Source: Salinimicrobium sp. (GTDB lineage Archaea; Thermoplasmatota; Poseidoniia; Poseidoniales; Poseidoniaceae). From it: a stretch of DNA of 64,000 bases. The stretch spans positions 54,440-118,439 of the forward strand of contig CAXRAI010000016.1 in NCBI GenBank assembly GCA_964228865.1, in the 5' to 3' direction. The translations under genes were made by a program, and so were the position numbers. Below the pieces are notes generated by a model, which was not told the DNA's origin, searched no databases, and saw nothing but the letters and a program-made list of their open reading frames with translations. This document shows, one piece after another, positions 14,901-23,341 of the stretch. Each line of letters starts with the position of its first letter. Position 1 is the stretch's first letter.

Positions 14901-16113
14901 TGGTGGTGTAGGGCGTGGACCAATCGCTGTTCGTGGCCGCAGGCTGAGCGCGGCAGAAGGTCCCGCCCGAACATGCGGGGTTCAATTGGAGGTTGGAATA
15001 GCCGTAGATGCCTTGGTCAGAATCCAACGTCGCGGCCACGGAGAAGTTGGCAAACACTTGGTCCATGGTGGTTCCAACAAGGCCTGCTTGCCCGTTTGCT
15101 GGCGCTGTTGCGAGGTTGGTGATGCCGCTTCCACCGGTGGCCCCATCTTGCACCAACTGCCGCATGGCTGGGCCGCCACCAAGGTGGTCCACGAGGTACA
15201 TCATGAGCATGAATCCCGCACCGTAGTCGGCGTTTCGTTGGTTCCACCAGCGCACGGAGAGGCCGCTGTTTTGCGTCCAACCGTTCACGTGTCCCGTGAG
15301 CGTGCTGTCCGCCCCGAAGCAGAGGTAAATCGCCACGTCAGCATTGCCTTCGTCGATGTAGAGGTTCTCGTATGGATCGAGAGCATTGTGCAACAGGTGC
15401 TGAAGCTCGTGCGCGATGATGGATCGACCCCACGTCAGGGTGACGTCAGCGTAGTCGACGAAGACCATCTCGCCCTGAGAAGCAAAACTCGGGGCGAAGT
15501 AACCGCCAATGTTGTACTGCCCATCGATGTCGTAGATGATCACCTCAACCTGGCAATTGTTGTCAACGTCGGGTGGAGCGATGCCCCGGCCGTCGCCGTA
15601 GTCCTTGCCGTAGTAGGTCGTCAACGTCGGGTAGATGGTTTGGTCCCAAGTGCTGGCCAGGTTTTGCAGGACCGTTGAACTGAGGGTGCGGCCGGTCTGG
15701 ACCAGGAAGGCGACGCTGCCCGTGGTTTTGGCCACCGTGACCGAAATCGAGCCGCCCGAGGTGGGCACGTTGAGGGTGTCGCCCTGAACGTGTTGGGTGC
15801 AGGCCCGCCCAGACGTCCCGGTGGCTTCGGTCAAGCCCGGGCGGTCGGCGTCCACCCACTGTTGGCGCAGGTAGGGTGTTGCGGACACCACGGGCTGGGA
15901 TTCGTCGATCAGCACGTACGGTCGTGCAAGGTCTTGCGTGAAACCGTCCAGCGAAGCCACATCGAGCAAATGGGCTGGAAGCGCGGCCATCTCCGTGGAA
16001 GTTGGAGATTCCTCCGCCGATGAGGCAGCGGCCAAACCGGTCAACGGCGCCATGACCATCAGTCCCACGAGGAGCAGTGAGGTGAGGGCGCGATTGGAGC
16101 GTGGTTCAGACAT
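11929..16113 (-). CDS. Giant (1394 aa) cell-surface protein combining an N-terminal HExxH zincin-like metallopeptidase domain, at least five PKD repeats and a C-terminal TM anchor with a charged cytoplasmic tail
   Basis: The signal peptide is MSEPRSNRALTSLLLVGLMVMAPLTGLAAASS. IIAHELQHLLHN...DEGNADV is an HExxH...E zincin signature. PKD motifs include AWDFGDN, YSWDWGDGT, YVWDFGDGS and LSFNWTFPDGS. The C-terminal helix is LFLGLVIAALVLGYLVM followed by an acidic/basic tail. Confidence 0.8.
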   Translation of the reverse strand: MSEPRSNRALTSLLLVGLMVMAPLTGLAAASSAEESPTSTEMAALPAHLLDVASLDGFTQDLARPYVLIDESQPVVSATPYLRQQWVDADRPGLTEATGTSGRACTQHVQGDTLNVPTSGGSISVTVAKTTGSVAFLVQTGRTLSSTVLQNLASTWDQTIYPTLTTYYGKDYGDGRGIAPPDVDNNCQVEVIIYDIDGQYNIGGYFAPSFASQGEMVFVDYADVTLTWGRSIIAHELQHLLHNALDPYENLYIDEGNADVAIYLCFGADSTLTGHVNGWTQNSGLSVRWWNQRNADYGAGFMLMMYLVDHLGGGPAMRQLVQDGATGGSGITNLATAPANGQAGLVGTTMDQVFANFSVAATLDSDQGIYGYSNLQLNPACSGGTFCRAQPAATNSDWSTPYTTTGHTMEGWGIRSFKLTPGSASPAPLTLRVTGDRADFDGVVVTQAASDGLLTVSDLTFSNSQATALVPGFGNLTDEVWVIVWLASSIGDCDYTSCGPSYPTGTIDLEAARITAPATIDTGNVTTSDRDGDGLDDTVELEFDVLSNAFFEDLDVDVAVRDGTGAVVDRLDARVEAGGGQPVSTSVFFTPNADGQYTFEFTMRDLLGNNVDETTSAPLTVANMRPVSNGSVSTNLTLSWNDVAFSGDGFDAWGLSLVNNTLPYLDPPVAYAWDFGDNQTSGLKSPVRGYETIGLYNVTLQVKDFGGLWSEVDVLPIEVIDNTDPIPIITINNQVVGDTISVMVDQRILFSAGRTTDNVPTNFLNYSWDWGDGTVDEGPGMFSANHAWTDIDGQNETFTLVLSVSDGANMGTKAVDVVVNNRLPVQIEAGPIMTVTQTPTVMPLVFEDQDGTIESWSWSFPGGVHLGSGTVDRTSDFNTVLATSAQPVVAWERAGTYTVEVTVVDDDGGTSLATLEVIVENQRPTATFNVREASSSETLDLLTSDIQPDIPYVFNARDSTDPDGLVGDQNDLSFNWTFPDGSNSTEVQPRFTFATPGIQSVTLVVTDADGAQSAPRTVTFDVINPVPLIEVRIVEAWLNGSLVEVTTPFDGDVGVVTLKRTFDDAGSVHASPGTLLYFDSDGTRDGDARFEGRLVPMEPASEDWNGLVEYVWDFGDGSALSYTPSPWHAYAEPGNYTITLTVRDAHLTGDVTRAQFTVVIDAPPEVTLIDIPDEFVAGINAIIDAQVTFAQLDKDGTLCRDEDVNDGSMEDCDVLLEQRIAALWELDLEVDTDGDGVTDNDWVAPVREDTYRVATVYDEAGRRTVRIEACDALNQCAVMDLEIDVSPQSTLPPSLSEFSREDWSAWMRSIGADAALFLGLVIAALVLGYLVMRAPTEDEEAATKDAEAYADVERVEVDGMLGIDDHRAPPAPRILRKEERRDEASGYVRPLRRR

Positions 16114-16170
16114 CTTCTCAACACCAAGAAACGCTTTACTGCGACTCCATTCTCACCTCGCGCCCCGGGG

Positions 16171-16177
16171 TATTTAA
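16171..16177 (+). promoter_or_regulatory. TATA-box candidate (TATTTAA) about 28 nt upstream of the M28 peptidase ATG, in the divergent region shared with the giant protease gene
   Basis: TATTTAA sits about -28 from the ATG at 16202, as expected for an archaeal leaderless or short-leader promoter. Confidence 0.35.
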
Positions 16178-16201
16178 CTGTGGGCTGACGACGCATCGCC
16201 G

Positions 16202-17410
16202 ATGCACCTTCGCGGACGCTTCGTGCTCATGTGCGCCCTCATGTTGATGACGCCGTGGGCCACTGCTCACGCAGAGGGTGAAACGGCGTCGCCTTATTGC
16301 TCGCTTTTGCCTGCACTGGAGGCCGACGGTGAGCGAGCCAATGCCTCCGTCGCCTGGCAGGTTGGTTTGGGTCCACGCCTTCCCGGTAGCGATGCCTCAG
16401 CAGCCCTGCTTGACGGTTTTGAGGAAAACCACAGCGCCTGGTCGTTCGAAAGGGACACCCACACCTACGCTGGAGGGACGTTGACCAACCTGGTGGCTGT
16501 CTTTCCTCCGAACACGGATTTGGCCACGACCGAAGCCTTCGGACTGGGCGCACATTACGACTCGAGGGCCGTGGCCGATGAGGAGGAGAACGCCACCAAT
16601 GCGACCCTCCCTGTCCCCGGTGCAAACGATGGAGGAAGTGGCGTGGCTGCCGTGGGTGAGTTGATGCGCATCATCCCTTCAATGGACCTTGACCACGCGG
16701 TGGTGGTGGTGCTCTTTGACGCCGAAGACCAAGGAACGTCCACGGATTGGGAGAGTTGGGCCGAGGGCAGCCGGCGATGGGCAGACAACCTCTCCAACGC
16801 GGAGGTGAGCAACCTCAAGGCATTCGTTTTGCTTGACATGATCGGTGATGCTCACCTGAACCTTGCCAACATCACGTCCAACCACCAAGGGCTCAACAAC
16901 GCCGTCGAACCTCTGGCCCAAGCCTTGGGCCTTATCCAAGGACGGGAGGCATGTTCCGGCGTTGAGGTGAAGGACGTTTACCAACCCGGAAACCTGCAGT
17001 ACATCTTCGACGATCACGTCCGCCTTCTGAACGTCGGCGTGCCTGCCATCGACATCATCGACCATCGTTTTGGGCCGAACGCGACCGGGTTCTCTAACAG
17101 CTATTGGCACACCCTTGAGGACACGCCCGACAAGGTCAGCGCCGGTTCCTTGCAGACGGTCATGCACCTGGTCGAATTGGGCCTCAGGTCAGGCGCTTGG
17201 ATGGAGGCGGTGGCCCCTGACAATCCAATCGAGGACGTCCCGGTTGTGGAGGACACCACCGGTCTTTCGCTCGCTGGGCCCCTTGGCTTGTTGGTGTTGG
17301 GGTGGGCCTTCGTGGTGGGCGTGGCAGGCGTCAGCATCATGGCGATCCTTGCACTTCGAAGGCTCAGGCCACCCCCCGCTGCCACGGCATGGTCGTGGGA
17401 TGAGGCATAG
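16202..17410 (+). CDS. M28-family zinc aminopeptidase, secreted with a C-terminal membrane anchor
   Basis: A signal peptide is present. The metal-ligand motifs GANDGGSG, LFDAEDQG and HTLEDTPD match the M28 family, and the C-terminal helix is LLVLGWAFVVGVAGVSIMAIL. Confidence 0.75.
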   Translation: MHLRGRFVLMCALMLMTPWATAHAEGETASPYCSLLPALEADGERANASVAWQVGLGPRLPGSDASAALLDGFEENHSAWSFERDTHTYAGGTLTNLVAVFPPNTDLATTEAFGLGAHYDSRAVADEEENATNATLPVPGANDGGSGVAAVGELMRIIPSMDLDHAVVVVLFDAEDQGTSTDWESWAEGSRRWADNLSNAEVSNLKAFVLLDMIGDAHLNLANITSNHQGLNNAVEPLAQALGLIQGREACSGVEVKDVYQPGNLQYIFDDHVRLLNVGVPAIDIIDHRFGPNATGFSNSYWHTLEDTPDKVSAGSLQTVMHLVELGLRSGAWMEAVAPDNPIEDVPVVEDTTGLSLAGPLGLLVLGWAFVVGVAGVSIMAILALRRLRPPPAATAWSWDEA

Positions 17411-17462
17411 ACGACGCAAAGGGACGAAGGGTCATAGGCGACGGCATACCGTGGCCTGAGGC

Positions 17463-18347
17463 GTGGACGCCATGGACCGGGAAGCAAGGCTGAGCGCGTT
17501 GCGCTCGCGCGTCCGCTCCACGCTCGACGGTGAGCAAAGCGATGAGCTCGTCATCGATTCCGTTGACACCTCTCTCGACGACCTCGGCAATGTTGAGCGG
17601 TTGAGCATCGAATCCATGTCGTGGGGCCAAGGCCTCGAACGCGAAGACAGTGAGCGCATTCGGCTCACGGCTGCAGTGTTGATCTTTGTTGGGAGCGTCC
17701 TCGGCATCATGTCCGGGTTGCTCCTTTTGCAAGGAAATCCGGTTGACCTTCTGGCCGCGGAACTCCTCGAGACCACCCCCACAGTGGACCTCCGCATGCA
17801 AGTGCTCGAGGCAGAAAGCGGCAACGCCCTCGAAGGTTTGACCGTCGAGTGGCTCGACTTGGACACAGAAACCGTGCTCCAGACGGCCATGACCGGGTCC
17901 TCTGGCTGGTTTGAGTTCGAAGGCGTGGTCACTGAACCACGCCTGCTGCGTGTCACCGGAGATGGCTACGTGACCTCCGAGATTGAAATGGTAGCCCAAG
18001 CCGCAGGCTCACCACCGGTCACCATGACCCCTGGAAGTGGCACAGAACGTTTGGTGATGACCACAGGCAACGAAGGCCAATGGTCCCTGGACGACGCAAC
18101 GCGCCTGTCCACCACAATCGGCATCGCGACCATCTTGACCGGTGCGGTGGGGTTGTTGGCCGGGCTCGAAGTGCGTCGAGCGAAGAAATACCGCAGGACA
18201 CAGTACCTTGCTGGCATCGGTTTGTTCAGCCGAGGGTTGATCCTGTTTGGACCCGCCCTCATCCTGCTTGGAATGGTCCTGCTGACGCTCACCAAAGGAC
18301 AGTTCCGTGATTGGGAGGGGGACAGCCATGTACCTGATTTCAGTTGA
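17463..18347 (+). CDS. Membrane protein with a CarboxypepD_reg-like beta-sandwich domain
   Basis: There are TM segments near residues 70-90 and 220-285. The central LEGLTVEWLDLDTETVLQTAMTGSSGWFEFEGVVTEPRLLRVTGDGYVTSEI matches a carboxypeptidase-regulatory-like fold. It is co-directional with the M28 peptidase, and its 3' end overlaps tmk by 20 nt. Confidence 0.5.
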   Translation: MDAMDREARLSALRSRVRSTLDGEQSDELVIDSVDTSLDDLGNVERLSIESMSWGQGLEREDSERIRLTAAVLIFVGSVLGIMSGLLLLQGNPVDLLAAELLETTPTVDLRMQVLEAESGNALEGLTVEWLDLDTETVLQTAMTGSSGWFEFEGVVTEPRLLRVTGDGYVTSEIEMVAQAAGSPPVTMTPGSGTERLVMTTGNEGQWSLDDATRLSTTIGIATILTGAVGLLAGLEVRRAKKYRRTQYLAGIGLFSRGLILFGPALILLGMVLLTLTKGQFRDWEGDSHVPDFS

Positions 18348-19659
18348 AGGGGGTGACGGCTCTGGCAAAGGCGAGGCCGTTCGCCTCCTGACCGAAATCC
18401 TCGCGAAGTACCCCTTTGCGGAGGTCTGTTCCACCCATGAGCCACGGCGCCATGCCGACGCCGGGCGGAGGGCCTTGGAGGCCGTTCAGCGCGGTGACAT
18501 GACTCCGGCGGAGGAAGCGGCGTTGTTCGCTGAAGACCGCCTTGACCACACCTCGAGTTGGATTTTGCCTCGCCTTCAGCGAAGCGCCGTCGTGGTTTCG
18601 GACAGAAACATCCACTCCTCCTTGGTCTACCAGGGCGTCGTGGGCGATCTTGGTTTGGACGAGGTCGCGGCACTGAACAAAGGAGCGGCCATCCCTGACC
18701 TCGTGGTGTGGATCGATTGCGACCCAGAACGCGCCATTCGCCGCATTCAGAGCGGCACGCTTCGCATGACCAGCGCAAAGCAGGAGTATTTCGAAACCTC
18801 TGAGATTCAAAAGAAAATTCGCGCTGGATTTGCCTCCTTGCTTTCTGGTGAAGTCAAGGCACCGGCTCCGTTCGACCGCTGCACCATCGCAGGACCCGTC
18901 CTCAACGAGGGCGGACTTGACGAGTTGGAAAAGGCCCTGCGCAAAACGGTCCGTGACTTCATGCGCACCCGCCCAGAACCCCAGAACGTCGACGGCGAAA
19001 CCGTGGACCGCCACGTCATTTCGAACCTTGTTGAAGGCATGAGCGCGCAACAACGCTTGCCCGGGATGCCCGTCAGCAGTGAGCCAGTGTTGCACGGCTG
19101 GCTCAACGGGGCCTCTCCGGCCACATGGATGGAACGGGCTGAGGCGGCTTGGCCAGAGCGCAGCGCCTTGGAGCACGATGTCCCTCGTCGGTTCACCGCC
19201 CTTTCGGTGTGGAGCGTGATCGGAACCTTGTCCCTGATGGACGGTACCTCAGACGTGCGTCGCTTGTACCACGCCCTTGGCCCGGTGCGTTTCGTCTCCC
19301 TCCGCCACGTCCGCAGGCTGGTCAAATGGCTCATTGGGGAAGACTGGATTTTCCGCCAACAGAACGAGGTGAAGTTCGCAGAAGGCCAGATGTTCCGATT
19401 GAGCGATGACCACCTCGCACAAGGGCGCCTTGCGTTGGCGCTTTGGCCCATGCGTGAGCGGTTGGAGGCGTGGCGAGAACAGCACCCAAAGGCCTCCTGG
19501 GCCACCGCGATGGCCCACGTCATCGAAGAAGCACCCGAGCAAGACGTCAACGATGTGATGGCACGGTTGAACCTGCTCTCCAGTGGCCATGTGGGATGCC
19601 CAACCCCAGAAGACGCGACCCAACTTGAGGGATGGTGGCGGTTGGACCCGCCCGCCTGA
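18328..19659 (+). CDS. tmk: Thymidylate kinase fused to a ~240-aa C-terminal domain of unknown function
   Basis: The N-terminus has MYLISVEGGDGSGKGE (P-loop), DRNIHSSLVYQG (the DRY/LID-region analogue) and WIDCDPERAIRRI. After about residue 210 the sequence has no recognisable family and is rich in W and R (LSVWSVIGTLSLMDG..., WPMRERLEAWREQHP). It forms a single in-frame ORF of 443 aa, whereas a typical Tmk is about 200 aa. Confidence 0.7.
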   Translation: MYLISVEGGDGSGKGEAVRLLTEILAKYPFAEVCSTHEPRRHADAGRRALEAVQRGDMTPAEEAALFAEDRLDHTSSWILPRLQRSAVVVSDRNIHSSLVYQGVVGDLGLDEVAALNKGAAIPDLVVWIDCDPERAIRRIQSGTLRMTSAKQEYFETSEIQKKIRAGFASLLSGEVKAPAPFDRCTIAGPVLNEGGLDELEKALRKTVRDFMRTRPEPQNVDGETVDRHVISNLVEGMSAQQRLPGMPVSSEPVLHGWLNGASPATWMERAEAAWPERSALEHDVPRRFTALSVWSVIGTLSLMDGTSDVRRLYHALGPVRFVSLRHVRRLVKWLIGEDWIFRQQNEVKFAEGQMFRLSDDHLAQGRLALALWPMRERLEAWREQHPKASWATAMAHVIEEAPEQDVNDVMARLNLLSSGHVGCPTPEDATQLEGWWRLDPPA

Positions 19660-20406
19660 TCACTCGTTTTCCATCGAAAGGAAACGAGCACCGCCCGGCA
19701 ATCGGACGTCGGCTGCGTTGAGGAATTGTTCCGGAGAGGCGTTCAGAAGTGCGCCGAAGAGCAACCCAAGACCCACGCCAAAGGGAATCCCGGTGAGCAT
19801 CCGTGTCAGTGGATTGGACTCATAGTCGGTCAACAACTGGGTGAATCCGTCCACGCCAATGGGGACCACGGCCAACGCAGCGAAGCCATAGAACGCCACA
19901 TGGCGCCAACGTCGACGGTAGATGCCTTCTTGCCATGCCTCGGGGAGAATGGAGAGCGCCGTGTCGGTGACCGTCCATCGGTTCAAGGAGCGTCGGTGCA
20001 CGATGGCCCCCCCAACCATCAGGCCAGCAAAGATGCCCAAATCCCGAACACACACCGGCATCTGATTCCCGTTGATGGTCCACGAGCGTTCACCGAGGTT
20101 GTGGCAGTTGAGGTCTCCAAAGGCATACGCGATGGCATGAGCGGTTGGCAATTCAGTCCATGCGAAGGGGGTTTCAGGGCTGATGGTTGTACCGGTGTAG
20201 GCGTCGTACCTGGGCTGGTTTCCGTAACTGAAAGCACCGTCAGCCGTGGCATAATCGAAGGCATTTGCACGGCCTTGCAACTCCGGCACGGTGCCGGGTG
20301 GCAAGGTCAGCGGTGCGATGAACATGGCCAGGAGCAACGTGGTGCTGAGGCCGAAAATCATCGCCCCGACCCTCATCTCGCGGTCTCGGGCCGCGGCATC
20401 GGCCAT
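19660..20406 (-). CDS. DUF2085-like polytopic membrane protein
   Basis: It has four or more TM helices and a conserved LNCHNLGERSWTINGNQMPVCVRDLGIFAGL core. It is convergent with tmk and abuts it. Confidence 0.5.
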   Translation of the reverse strand: MADAAARDREMRVGAMIFGLSTTLLLAMFIAPLTLPPGTVPELQGRANAFDYATADGAFSYGNQPRYDAYTGTTISPETPFAWTELPTAHAIAYAFGDLNCHNLGERSWTINGNQMPVCVRDLGIFAGLMVGGAIVHRRSLNRWTVTDTALSILPEAWQEGIYRRRWRHVAFYGFAALAVVPIGVDGFTQLLTDYESNPLTRMLTGIPFGVGLGLLFGALLNASPEQFLNAADVRLPGGARFLSMENE

Positions 20407-20453
20407 GCGGTGATGGAACCGCCGGAGGGGCTTGAATCCTCGCCCGAAGGTCC

Positions 20454-21095
20454 ATGCCTGAGCAGGGGCTCCCGCCGCTCATGGCGAAGAGGAAACGCCA
20501 ACGCCTCGCGGACGTGCTTGGTGGAGCCATCCTCATCGCCGCGTACGGTGCAGCCGGTGCCTTCACGGCCTCTTTGGTGGAGGATCCGCAGGATCTGCGC
20601 CGCCACCTGGTCCTTTCAGGCACCTCGTTTGCGGTCCTCTTCGCGATACTTTTGCCTCTGCTGCTCAACATTGAGCCGTCGGACACCGGCGATCGCATCA
20701 AGGCCGACGTGCGCACACGCCTCGCGGCCCACGACGAAGGAAGGGGTCGCTGGCGTCAACTCAGCCATGCGAGGCAGGAGGCGGCCGGATGGCGCATTGA
20801 CATGCACGACCTGACCGACATCGAGGGCGTTGTTTCGACGGTGGTCGACCTCGCTGCAGATCATCACATCAAACTCATGGTCGGGGAGGGGTCTGCACGC
20901 TCAAAAGACCCCACGCTGCGGCCACGTGTCGAAGCCGCGTTGCGTGCAGCTTTCCCGCCCTCTCGCATCCGTCATGGACGCAAATCCCTCAGCACCATTC
21001 CGGACGCAGCCGTGCAAGGTGGAGGGAGTCTGAAGCTCCCTGTCATGCTGATGACCCTCTCGCTCGTCTTTGTCGCCCTCCTTCTCCTGCGTTGA
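20454..21095 (+). CDS. Hypothetical membrane protein
   Basis: There are N-terminal TM helices (ILIAAYGAAGAFTA, FAVLFAILLPLLL) and a C-terminal helix (MLMTLSLVFVALLLL). No family was recognised and the start is uncertain. Confidence 0.4.
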   Translation: MPEQGLPPLMAKRKRQRLADVLGGAILIAAYGAAGAFTASLVEDPQDLRRHLVLSGTSFAVLFAILLPLLLNIEPSDTGDRIKADVRTRLAAHDEGRGRWRQLSHARQEAAGWRIDMHDLTDIEGVVSTVVDLAADHHIKLMVGEGSARSKDPTLRPRVEAALRAAFPPSRIRHGRKSLSTIPDAAVQGGGSLKLPVMLMTLSLVFVALLLLR

Positions 21096-21134
21096 CAAGC
21101 AAGGTCAATAGAGGCCACGAGCGGTCACAACCAC

Positions 21135-22910
21135 ATGCCCACCGGGCTTACCTTCCATGCCGACGCCAAAGAGGGCGGTAGCCGTCGTTTGCTGGCTGCG
21201 GTCGAAATGGAGGGCCCCTTTCCAACCGGGCGAGTGGACCTCAGTTTTCCACGGTGGATTCCAGGGTCCTACACCCTCCGCGACCCTGTGCAGTACGTCG
21301 ACGGCATCGAGGCCACCGACGGGAACGGGGAACGCCTGACCTGGCAACGCCCCGACCCTCACCGTCTTCGCGTCAAGGTCCCACCCGGCACCGAGCGTGT
21401 TCGGATTCAGCACGAGATCATGGCGCTCGAAATGACCGTCCGTTCCACGCACCTGGACGACAACCACCTTCACCTGATGCCCCCGTTTACGTGGTACCTG
21501 CCCGACAACGCGGATTGGTCGGAAGGCGCTGAAGTGCACCTCGACCTGCCTGAGGCGTGGACGCCGTACACGCAACTCGAAACCGTGGAACGCAACGCTC
21601 CATCCGCCCACGTGTTTCACGCACCAGACCGCGATGCCTTCCTTGACGGCATCATCGAGGCCAACGCCGGCCCCAGCCGCGCGTGGGAGGTGGACGGAAG
21701 GCCACACGTCCTCAACATCTGGGACAGCGCTGGCTTGCCCGTGGCGTCGTCCATGATCGATCGGTTTGTGGACGACGCCACGAAGATCATCAAGGAGCAC
21801 CACGCGTTATTTGGGGTTCCTACAAAGGCCCCGTACGTCACCATCCTGCACTTGACGGACACCATGAGGGGAGGGCTTGAGCACCTTGGCTCACAGACCT
21901 CAATGATGCCCCGCGCCTCGCTCATCGACGGAGAAAAGGCCCTGTACAGGGACCTCATCAGCCTCTTCAGCCATGAGTACCTCCACCAGTGGAACGTCAA
22001 GCGACTCAGGCCGAAGGTGTACCTTGACTACGACCTCTCCAAAGAAGTGCCTTCGCCCTTGTTGTGGTGGTTTGAAGGTGGAACCTCATGGCTTGGTGAC
22101 TTGATTTGCCTGCGATCCGGAGCGTGGACGGAGGAAAACTGGAAGGAGGAATTCAACCTCAAAGTCAACCGACACCTCAACCGCCATGGGGCAGCCCACG
22201 AGTCTTTGGCTGAATCGAGCGAATCGGCATGGGTCCACCTCTACAAGCGCACGGCGTGGTCCAGTGAGCGGCGCATCAACTACTACCTCGAAGGCGAGTT
22301 TGCCATGATGGCCCTCGACGTCGAATTGCGGCGCCGAAGCCGTGGTGCTCGGGGTTTGGACGACGTGATGGTCGAAGCCTTGCGTCGCCATGCGGTTGAC
22401 GCGGAAGACCCTGGTGTGGATCATCGACGTCTGCGTCAAGCCCTGACCTCAACCGAAGGTGGTCGGCGACTTGGAAGCATGCTCGATGAGCTGATGACCA
22501 CGCGAACTGCACCACCGATATCCTCCACGCTCGCCAGCCTTGGCCTCGAGTTGACCCCTGAAGAGGGCAGAGAGGAGCACGAAGGCTGGCTGGGCGTTGG
22601 CCTCCAGAACAGGGGAGGGAAAGTGGTGGTGACCACGCACCTGGAGGGCTCGCCGCTGCGAAACCTCGTTGACGCCGGTGACGAATTGGTGGCCATCAAC
22701 GACCGCAGGATCACCGAGGTCAAGCATGTAAAGCAGGCCCTGAGCCAATGTGCAGGACAGAAGGTGCGTGTGCTGACCGCCCGTGAAGGCGGCCTTCGAA
22801 CCTGCGACGTCACCGCAGATTCGGCCGTCGACCATCGGAAGGTGGAGGTCGCCGGCAAAGGGAACGCACTTTGGCGACGCATCACGGCAACACGCCAGAC
22901 GGATGCCTGA
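21135..22910 (+). CDS. M61 glycyl-aminopeptidase family metallopeptidase with a C-terminal PDZ domain
   Basis: HEYLHQWN is the HExxH motif within a family-typical N-terminal beta-domain. The PDZ-like region is LGVGLQNRGGKVVVTTHLEGSPLRNLVDAGDELVAINDRRI. Confidence 0.8.
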   Translation: MPTGLTFHADAKEGGSRRLLAAVEMEGPFPTGRVDLSFPRWIPGSYTLRDPVQYVDGIEATDGNGERLTWQRPDPHRLRVKVPPGTERVRIQHEIMALEMTVRSTHLDDNHLHLMPPFTWYLPDNADWSEGAEVHLDLPEAWTPYTQLETVERNAPSAHVFHAPDRDAFLDGIIEANAGPSRAWEVDGRPHVLNIWDSAGLPVASSMIDRFVDDATKIIKEHHALFGVPTKAPYVTILHLTDTMRGGLEHLGSQTSMMPRASLIDGEKALYRDLISLFSHEYLHQWNVKRLRPKVYLDYDLSKEVPSPLLWWFEGGTSWLGDLICLRSGAWTEENWKEEFNLKVNRHLNRHGAAHESLAESSESAWVHLYKRTAWSSERRINYYLEGEFAMMALDVELRRRSRGARGLDDVMVEALRRHAVDAEDPGVDHRRLRQALTSTEGGRRLGSMLDELMTTRTAPPISSTLASLGLELTPEEGREEHEGWLGVGLQNRGGKVVVTTHLEGSPLRNLVDAGDELVAINDRRITEVKHVKQALSQCAGQKVRVLTAREGGLRTCDVTADSAVDHRKVEVAGKGNALWRRITATRQTDA

Positions 22911-23268
22911 GCCGATCCAACGAAACCTCACAGGCCACATCGAGTTGGCTCAAGTCGTATTTCGTGCTGCGTGGAGGCATCAGCCCTTGCTCCCGGACGT
23001 GTGCAACCACCTCCTGATGCGTGATGGGAACATCTGAACCGCGACGTTCAACCTTCACGCTGGAAGCATCCACCAACAGCACGGGCACGCATCGAAGGCC
23101 AAGACGGCGAGCAACGGCCAAGCGATGGTGTCCGTCAAGGACCAGATGATCTTCAGCGTCGACAACAAGACGGGACCTCATCGCTCCCCAGCGGACGTGC
23201 ATGTGCGCGCTCTTTCGGACCCTGCTCGATGACGTCGCCTCATGCGGAAGAAGTTCGTCGAGGTCCAT
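22882..23268 (-). CDS. ParB/Srx-fold (ParB-like nuclease domain) small protein
   Basis: Only the 3' ~128 codons of ORF 22882..23787 look genuine: LPHEATSS...LVLDGHHRLAVARRLGLRCVPVLLVD is a ParBc-type motif. The upstream part is low-complexity and antisense to the CCA gene. It is convergent with the M61 gene and overlaps it by 29 nt. Confidence 0.45.
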   Translation of the reverse strand: MDLDELLPHEATSSSRVRKSAHMHVRWGAMRSRLVVDAEDHLVLDGHHRLAVARRLGLRCVPVLLVDASSVKVERRGSDVPITHQEVVAHVREQGLMPPRSTKYDLSQLDVACEVSLDRLRHPSGVLP

Positions 23269-23341
23269 GAGGACGGGACCAAGTTGCACGGGCGGGGCTG
23301 GCTTGCGTGCGATAAGGATATGTCGAGTCGGAGAAGGACAT

